Assembly (NCBI GenBank): GCA_052103955.1
Contig: JBQELO010000009.1
Coordinates: 24,364 to 88,363, forward strand
DNA from: Paenalcaligenes sp.
GTDB taxonomy: Bacteria > Pseudomonadota > Gammaproteobacteria > Burkholderiales > Burkholderiaceae_B
Reading direction: 5' to 3'
Length of the DNA stretch: 64,000 bases
Of this stretch, positions 58,363-64,000 are shown piece after piece. The notes below the pieces were generated by a model. It was not told the origin of the DNA and did not search any database. It worked only from the letters and a program-made list of their open reading frames with translations. The position numbers were made by a program, and so were the translations under genes. Numbering within the stretch: the stretch's first letter is position 1; the number at the start of each line of letters is the position of its first letter.

Positions 58363-59571
58363 ATGTCAGCACTTACAAGCAAGGAAGTTAGCGCAAAGCT
58401 CAGGGGCAACCCTGGGCACTTCGCCGATGGCAATGGTCTTTACCTTGTAGTACCTAGCAGAGGGCGCGCCTATTGGGCGCTACGCTTCACCTCTAACGGG
58501 AAGCGTAAGCAAATGACGCTAGGCAAAGTGGATGACCTATCTCTTGCTGATGCTCGAACAGAGGCTGCACTAAAGATGAAGCAGCACCGCGAAGGCCTTG
58601 ATCCCCTTATAGAGAAAAAAAGAGCCGTATACGGCTCAATGGATACCGTAGATGCTCTTTTTTCTGACTGGCATGAAGGCAACATAAAACGCCTTAAACA
58701 TCATCACACCCCCTTTCGGGTGTACACCAAAGACATCGCCCCCGTGATCGGTCAAATGCAACCGATAACAGTCACAGGGCGAGACATTAGGCAAATTCTG
58801 CGAAACATTGCAGCAAGCGATAGACCCACGATTGCTAACGATGCCCTGCTCTACTGCAAGCAACTGTTTAATCATGCCATCAAGTTGGACCTCATCACCC
58901 ACAACCCAGCTAGTGCATTTGATGTAGCGGATGCCGGGGGCGTAGAAAACAGCAGAGACAGAGCCCTAACACTAGAAGAGCTCTCTTTTGTGTTTAAAAA
59001 GTTCAGAGAAGAGATAGACAGCTTCACACGTGACAACTACTTAGCTTGCGCCCTTTTGGTGCTACTAGGAGTACGCAAAGGCGAGTTAACCGAAGCACCA
59101 TGGAGCGAATTCGATCTAGAAGCAAAAATTTGGTACCTGCCTAGCGTACGTAGTAAGTCTGGTGTCGCTATTGATATCCCCTTACCGGACTTAGCCCTTG
59201 AGTGGCTACAGGAACTCAAGGTTCGTGCCTTTGGATCTCCTTATGTGTTCCCCAACAGAAGACCAAGCAAAGTGCCCCACATGGGCAAAGACACCCTAAA
59301 CCGGGCAATAGCTAAACTGTTTGGTAGAGAGCCTGGTAAAGCGGTACAACCTAAAAACAAGATGGGAGATCTTGAGTACTTCACTGTGCACGACTTACGG
59401 CGTACTTGCAGGAGCTTATTGGCCGCGATAGGTGTTCCTAGCCATGCGGCTGAGCGATGCCTGAACCATAAGCTTAAGGGCGTAGAGGGGATTTATAACC
59501 GGCATGATTATTTTGATGAAAGACGAGAAGCGCTGCTCCTTTTGGCTGGAAAACTTAAACGAATTGTATAA
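58363..59571 (+). CDS. int: P4-type (DUF4102 N-domain) tyrosine integrase
   Basis: N-terminal FADGNGLYLVVPSRGRAYWALRF. Catalytic LGVRKGEL, HDLRRTCRS and LNHKLKGVEGIYNRHDY. Confidence 0.9.
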   Translation: MSALTSKEVSAKLRGNPGHFADGNGLYLVVPSRGRAYWALRFTSNGKRKQMTLGKVDDLSLADARTEAALKMKQHREGLDPLIEKKRAVYGSMDTVDALFSDWHEGNIKRLKHHHTPFRVYTKDIAPVIGQMQPITVTGRDIRQILRNIAASDRPTIANDALLYCKQLFNHAIKLDLITHNPASAFDVADAGGVENSRDRALTLEELSFVFKKFREEIDSFTRDNYLACALLVLLGVRKGELTEAPWSEFDLEAKIWYLPSVRSKSGVAIDIPLPDLALEWLQELKVRAFGSPYVFPNRRPSKVPHMGKDTLNRAIAKLFGREPGKAVQPKNKMGDLEYFTVHDLRRTCRSLLAAIGVPSHAAERCLNHKLKGVEGIYNRHDYFDERREALLLLAGKLKRIV

Positions 59572-59800
59572 ACGTACTGCTTCTAATAGTTCAGCCCTCT
59601 AGGACTGGACTGCCTAGCAAACCCTAGCCGATTCACCCAAACCTTTTTGGTTAACCTTTCGCTGCTATGCCATCTGCCTTTTTTATGCTCTGAGAGGCTA
59701 AGCAGTTCACTGCGCCCTGAAACTATAACCAACGCCTCGTTTCACGAAGCGTTGGTCTACATCGCTCACACTTAAGTAAACTGGCTACAACAGGTAGCGA

Positions 59801-60472
59801 TTAACTCGGAAAGTTAAGCACCCCAGCCTCTGGAATATCAAACATCTCGCAAATCCCTTTGCCCATCGCAATTTGTTTAAACCACTGCTCTTCTTTTTTC
59901 AAATGCTCCAAGGCCAGTTTTAATACAGATTCACTCCACGCTAAAGGCACCACAACCACGCCATCGTCATCACCCAATACCAGGTCGCCCTGACTCACTG
60001 GCACATCCCCTACCGCTATAGTGCCGCCATAGGTTCCCCCAAACTGCAGATGTGGCCCCCTTGGCGTAACAGCACGACAAAAACACGGCACGCTCGAAGC
60101 ATGAATGTCCGCCACGTCGCGGATTGCACCATCTATCACTAAGCCACCAATCTGTTTATACTCAGCAGCGGCGTGCCCCAGCCCCCCCCAGATAGCAACA
60201 TTTTTAGCCCCACCAGCAGAAACCACTAATACTTCCCCTGGTCGGGATTCCTCTAAGGCGGCATGAATCACTCCGCCATCACCAACCATCGCCACCACAG
60301 TACGAGCTTGGCCACAAATACGGCTACCAAACTTAATACTCTTAATATCAGCATGAACCGCCTGAGTACGATTCATGCAATCACTTGCTACCGTCGTAGG
60401 TACCGTACGCCATAACTGCATTTCTTCGTCGTCTATTACTCGGAAATCATTTTTAATTTTTTGATATGCCAC
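59801..60472 (-). CDS. RraA-family protein (4-hydroxy-4-methyl-2-oxoglutarate aldolase/oxaloacetate decarboxylase-like)
   Basis: VVSAGGAKNVAIWGGL and LVIDGAIRDV motifs of the RraA/HMG-aldolase fold. Confidence 0.8.
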   Translation of the reverse strand: MAYQKIKNDFRVIDDEEMQLWRTVPTTVASDCMNRTQAVHADIKSIKFGSRICGQARTVVAMVGDGGVIHAALEESRPGEVLVVSAGGAKNVAIWGGLGHAAAEYKQIGGLVIDGAIRDVADIHASSVPCFCRAVTPRGPHLQFGGTYGGTIAVGDVPVSQGDLVLGDDDGVVVVPLAWSESVLKLALEHLKKEEQWFKQIAMGKGICEMFDIPEAGVLNFPS

Positions 60473-60483
60473 AACCTGCTCCT

Positions 60484-61503
60484 TTAGCCTTGTTTACACC
60501 ACTGAGGATTAACGTTATTACGCAGTTCCCCGTCCTCTAACCATGCTTTCAAGATCTGTGCAGAGAATGTACGCATATCTTGATAACCAGCCTCTGAATA
60601 AAATGCAGCGTGCGGAGTCACAATCAATCGCTCTTTGATCCAAGCCTCTTGGTTGGCCCAAGCCTGTAACAGACGGTCTGGGTCAACAGGCGGTTCTTGT
60701 GGAATCACATCCACACCCGCAGCAGCCAGATGATTGCTATGCAAAGCGTCATACAAAGCATCAAAATCAATGAGCCCACCACGTGCAATATTGAGTAAGA
60801 TCGCGCCCTGCTTCATTGCCGCAAAAGCGCTCTTATCCATGATATTTTTAGTTTCTGCATTCAGTGGGGTATGCAAACTCACAATGTCAGACCGCTGCAA
60901 AAGCTCCTCTAGGGTCCTAACTCGCTCAAAGCCTAGTGCTAAATCCACACCCTCAGACAAGTAAGGGTCAAAGAAAACCACCTTCATATCAAATGCTGCC
61001 GCCCGTCTCGCTACCGCAGTGCCTATACGCCCTAAGCCTACCGCGCCAAACGTGGCACCTCGAATACGTCGTACAACTGGGGCTCCTTCTGCAACAAAGC
61101 CTTCCACTAAATTGTCACGCAGACGCTGCTGATAGCCCCCTACACCCCGCACCAAGGACAGCAGTAGTGCCAACGCGTGATCTGCAACTTCGGTAGTTCC
61201 ATAATTCGGCACATTAGAAACTGGGATTCCTTTTTTCGCGCACGCCTCTACATCTACGTTGTCAAACCCTACCCCTACTCTCACGATGAGCTTGCACTTA
61301 TCCAGCTTTTCGACCACATCAGCAGTAATTTTCATGCGATGCCAAATCAAAACTGCTTCACAATTTCTCCATTCTTCCTCGGGAATTAACTGGTTATCAA
61401 TTTCATGAAAAACCTTGAACTCTATCCCTGGTCCTGCCGTTTCCTTTTCTATGCTTAAGTCATCAAAATGCACATCGGGCACTAATACAGTAGTTTTTTT
61501 CAT
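60484..61503 (-). CDS. D-isomer-specific 2-hydroxyacid dehydrogenase (CtBP-like)
   Basis: Start trimmed to MKKTTVLV. Contains GAVGLGRIGTAVARRA NAD motif, NIARGG, and TPHAAFYS. Confidence 0.8.
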   Translation of the reverse strand: MKKTTVLVPDVHFDDLSIEKETAGPGIEFKVFHEIDNQLIPEEEWRNCEAVLIWHRMKITADVVEKLDKCKLIVRVGVGFDNVDVEACAKKGIPVSNVPNYGTTEVADHALALLLSLVRGVGGYQQRLRDNLVEGFVAEGAPVVRRIRGATFGAVGLGRIGTAVARRAAAFDMKVVFFDPYLSEGVDLALGFERVRTLEELLQRSDIVSLHTPLNAETKNIMDKSAFAAMKQGAILLNIARGGLIDFDALYDALHSNHLAAAGVDVIPQEPPVDPDRLLQAWANQEAWIKERLIVTPHAAFYSEAGYQDMRTFSAQILKAWLEDGELRNNVNPQWCKQG

Positions 61504-61531
61504 CCTCAACCTCATCCACAGTAAGTAATAC

Positions 61532-62284
61532 TTAAAGAACTTTTTCCAGAAAGTCCTGAAGTCGTGCCGCTTTAGGCCTAGAGAACAACTCGGCAGGAGC
61601 CCCCTCTTCTACAATGACTCCGCCATCCGTGAAATACACTTTGCTCGCCACTTCTCTCGCAAACCCCATTTCATGCGTAACCAAGACGCAGGTCATTCCT
61701 TCTTCTGCCAAGTCACCAATAACAGACAGCACTTCACGCACCATCTCTGGGTCCAATGCCGCAGTTACCTCATCAAAAAGGATAATTTCCGGCTGCATAG
61801 CTAAGGCTCTCGCAATGGCTATACGTTGCTGTTGCCCACCAGAAAGCTGTGCTGGGTAGGCATCCCCCTTACCCTGCATATGCACTTTTTCTAATAGTTG
61901 ATAGGCCCGCTGTGTCACAGTTTCTTTGTTCTGCTTGAGTACTTGTATGGGTGCCATCGTGATGTTCTCAAGCACAGTACGATGCGGAAACAGGTTGTAC
62001 TGCTGAAACACCATCGCCACTTTTTGGCGTAGTTGGACTAGCTCAGCTTCACTTTGCAAATCCGTCACTGAAAACCCGCCTACTTTGATCTCTCCTTGAT
62101 CCGCAGGGACCAAGCCATTCATGCAACGCAAAAGTGTTGATTTTCCAGAACCTGATGGCCCGATAATGCACGCCACTTCCCCTTTGCCTACACTCATGGA
62201 AACGCCATTTAAAACCTTGATGTTTCCAAACTGTTTGTGCACATTTTTAATGTCTATAATTGGTCGTGAAGATGCACTACTCAT
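61532..62284 (-). CDS. polar amino acid ABC transporter ATP-binding protein
   Basis: [37 protein letters not shown]. GlnQ/HisP type. Confidence 0.9.
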   Translation of the reverse strand: MSSASSRPIIDIKNVHKQFGNIKVLNGVSMSVGKGEVACIIGPSGSGKSTLLRCMNGLVPADQGEIKVGGFSVTDLQSEAELVQLRQKVAMVFQQYNLFPHRTVLENITMAPIQVLKQNKETVTQRAYQLLEKVHMQGKGDAYPAQLSGGQQQRIAIARALAMQPEIILFDEVTAALDPEMVREVLSVIGDLAEEGMTCVLVTHEMGFAREVASKVYFTDGGVIVEEGAPAELFSRPKAARLQDFLEKVL

Positions 62285-63084
62285 GCCAGAGACTCCCTTA
62301 TCCTATGCTCACACCAACGACTTAACGTAGCGATTGGAAAACAATACAAAAAGAACCAGAACAACACGTACAAATACAATGCCGTCGCAAGATAATCGCC
62401 ATCTGCTGCGGTAATCAGCTTCACGACAGCCAGCACATCGTTGGTTCCCGTTACTACCATTAAGCTGCTACCTATAAAGAGCATGGCATAGAGGTTCATG
62501 ACATTCGGAATCATCCGTGGAATAGCCTGAGGGATGATTACGTAACGTAAAACTTGAAGAGGCTTGTATCCTAATGCCCTAGCAGACTCCCACTGCCCTG
62601 TATGTATGGTTTCTATGGAGCCACGTAATACCTCGGCCATATTGGCCATTACAGGCAAGGACAAACCTAGAACTGCTTTCACAAACGGAGAAAAGGTGAA
62701 GGTGGTGTTTCCTATCGTGATATAAAACGGCAATAAGTAAAGCATCGCGTATAGCAACACTAGCCACGGCGAATTACGGAAAACGTTCATCACAATAGTC
62801 GCGACACTGCGCACTATCACATTGCTAGAAATCATTGCGATCCCAAGCACAACACCAGCAACAATCGCTATAAACATAGCCACAATGCTGACAGCGATAT
62901 TCGTCAAAAATCCCCCAGTATCTGCAGCCGATCCTAGTAATAGGCGTGGACTATAGTGAAACAATGCCTTCATGATGCTGACTGTGCGCTCTTCATAAAC
63001 AACAAAAACAGCAAGAAACAGCACCGCCCCCACTCCTAAGACCCCACTTAGGAAAATCCAAATATATTGACTGTTATTCTTCAT
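62281..63084 (-). CDS. amino acid ABC transporter permease
   Basis: HisM/GlnP-type multi-TM protein with an EAA-like loop ([22 protein letters not shown]). It has 4-nt overlaps with its neighbours. Confidence 0.8.
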   Translation of the reverse strand: MKNNSQYIWIFLSGVLGVGAVLFLAVFVVYEERTVSIMKALFHYSPRLLLGSAADTGGFLTNIAVSIVAMFIAIVAGVVLGIAMISSNVIVRSVATIVMNVFRNSPWLVLLYAMLYLLPFYITIGNTTFTFSPFVKAVLGLSLPVMANMAEVLRGSIETIHTGQWESARALGYKPLQVLRYVIIPQAIPRMIPNVMNLYAMLFIGSSLMVVTGTNDVLAVVKLITAADGDYLATALYLYVLFWFFLYCFPIATLSRWCEHRIRESLA

Positions 63085-63788
63085 TTTCCGTACCCATACA
63101 TACGAAAACGCTTCTCAAGCAAATGGGCGCCGAATACCGTCAATGAAACAATACCGAGATACAAGGCAAGCACTACAACCATGACCTCAAAGTTCATGAA
63201 GGTTTCCAGTGATATTTGATTGGCATAAAACATAATGTCTCCTACAGCCACGAGCGAAGCTTGCGACGATGTTTTCACCAAACTCACCATATTGTTTGTC
63301 ATGTGTGGCGCACATAACCGCATCCCTATAGGTAGCTCTACTTGAGTGAATATCTGCGTCCGCTTATAGCCCAGACTTACTGCGGCCTCTATAGTGGTAC
63401 GCGGCACAGCCTCAAGACCTGAACGTATGATTTCAATCGCTAGGGCCCCGTTATAGAGCGCCAAAGAGATCACCACACACACAAAACCATTAAACAGAGG
63501 GACGCCTGGACTGGTGCTAGTTGCTCCAATCGTCAACCCAAGCTCTGGCAAGGTGAAATACAAAATAAACAGCTGAACTAAAGGAGGAGTATTGCGAAAC
63601 AACTCCACTAAAATCGTGGTTATGCTGTAAAGAAGGGGCACCCTATAACGCAGGATAAATGCCCCCACTACACCAATAACTAGCATGAAGAAAATTCCCC
63701 ATGCAGAGAGGCTCAAGGTCGTTAGAATTCCACGCCATAACCACTGCAGATACAAAGGATCCGCAAACCAGCCAAAGGATAAACTCAT
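63081..63788 (-). CDS. amino acid ABC transporter permease
   Basis: EAA-like loop EAAVSLGYKRTQIFTQVELP, about 5 TM helices. Confidence 0.8.
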   Translation of the reverse strand: MSLSFGWFADPLYLQWLWRGILTTLSLSAWGIFFMLVIGVVGAFILRYRVPLLYSITTILVELFRNTPPLVQLFILYFTLPELGLTIGATSTSPGVPLFNGFVCVVISLALYNGALAIEIIRSGLEAVPRTTIEAAVSLGYKRTQIFTQVELPIGMRLCAPHMTNNMVSLVKTSSQASLVAVGDIMFYANQISLETFMNFEVMVVVLALYLGIVSLTVFGAHLLEKRFRMYGYGK

Positions 63789-63850
63789 TGGAATAGCCTA
63801 GAAGTTACTTACTCAACAAAATGCCTTGTAACGGTATGGACTAGGCCAAA

Positions 63851-64000
63851 CTACTCACGCCCAGCACGTTTAAGCACATGCTCCGTCTGTCCCATGTTGT
63901 AAGTAATTTCAGCATCCGCTAATACCCCCTCAGCCTCTGCCGCCCTGATGCCAGCATTTACCTGTTCAAGAAAGCGCGTTTCATTTTTCCGCACTCCTCC
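63851..64000 (-). CDS. C-terminal 49 codons of a probable amino-acid-binding protein (5' part outside window)
   Basis: My own translation of the minus strand gives GGVRKNETRFLEQVNAGIRAAEAEGVLADAEITYNMGQTEHVLKRAGRE-stop. This resembles the C-terminus of family 3 binding proteins, and the gene sits at the head of the permease/ATPase operon. Confidence 0.5.
   Translation of the reverse strand, partial: GGVRKNETRFLEQVNAGIRAAEAEGVLADAEITYNMGQTEHVLKRAGRE

Larger units (their letters stand above)
58217..64000. mobile_element. putative genomic island beginning at the yicC 3' end (right end beyond window)
   Basis: A P4-type integrase lies 146 nt after the yicC stop, followed by a 229-bp noncoding spacer and an opposite-strand catabolic/transport cluster. 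Confidence 0.4.

Noticed and set aside
1-64000. CRISPR arrays, rRNA/tRNA genes, IS transposases, restriction-modification, toxin-antitoxin pairs or known defence-system ATPases/nucleases
   Set aside because: I looked for spaced direct repeats, tRNA-like stems in every intergenic region, DDE/HUH transposase motifs and P-loop/nuclease orphans in the accessory patches. I found none. Small genes under 60 aa would not be visible in the ORF track.

Overview
This 64-kb chromosomal segment is about 50% GC by eye. Its gene content and order look betaproteobacterial: mltG-tmk-holB-tatD, a yceI-yceI-cytochrome b561 operon with a divergent LysR gene, livFGMH-K, oxyR-recG, glnA, and hemW-rdgB-rph next to yicC. 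I make no species call. Roughly 85% of the window is ordinary housekeeping or transport sequence, and coding density is high on both strands. I saw no rRNA, tRNA, CRISPR array or transposase.

Two patches look accessory:
- **17.6-23.5 kb, between dbpA and a cytochrome c pair.** It holds two gene remnants fused by a deletion, a YtoQ-family gene, a 370-aa orphan and an orphan SMI1/KNR4 (SUKH) immunity-type gene. It also holds a KfrA_N-type coiled-coil gene divergent from a tyrosine recombinase gene. Their 120-bp control region contains two perfect palindromes. A 400-bp AT-rich spacer follows, carrying five copies of a TGATTT half-site.
- **58.2 kb to the window end.** A P4-type integrase sits directly after the yicC stop codon with no tRNA. 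It is followed by an RraA-like, 2-hydroxyacid dehydrogenase and amino-acid ABC transporter cluster.

Other points worth a second look:
- a tyrosine-recombinase-fold gene with several catalytic positions substituted (34.3-35.3 kb)
- a membrane-anchored triheme cytochrome c translationally coupled to a TsdA-like diheme cytochrome
- a tight hprA-like/SDR/epd three-dehydrogenase operon
- a Dps with a histone-like Lys-rich repeat tail

I cannot show that any of these is a complete new system. The best candidate is the coiled-coil/recombinase module with its repeated operator-like sites. All family assignments come from motif recognition by eye and need HMM or BLAST confirmation.
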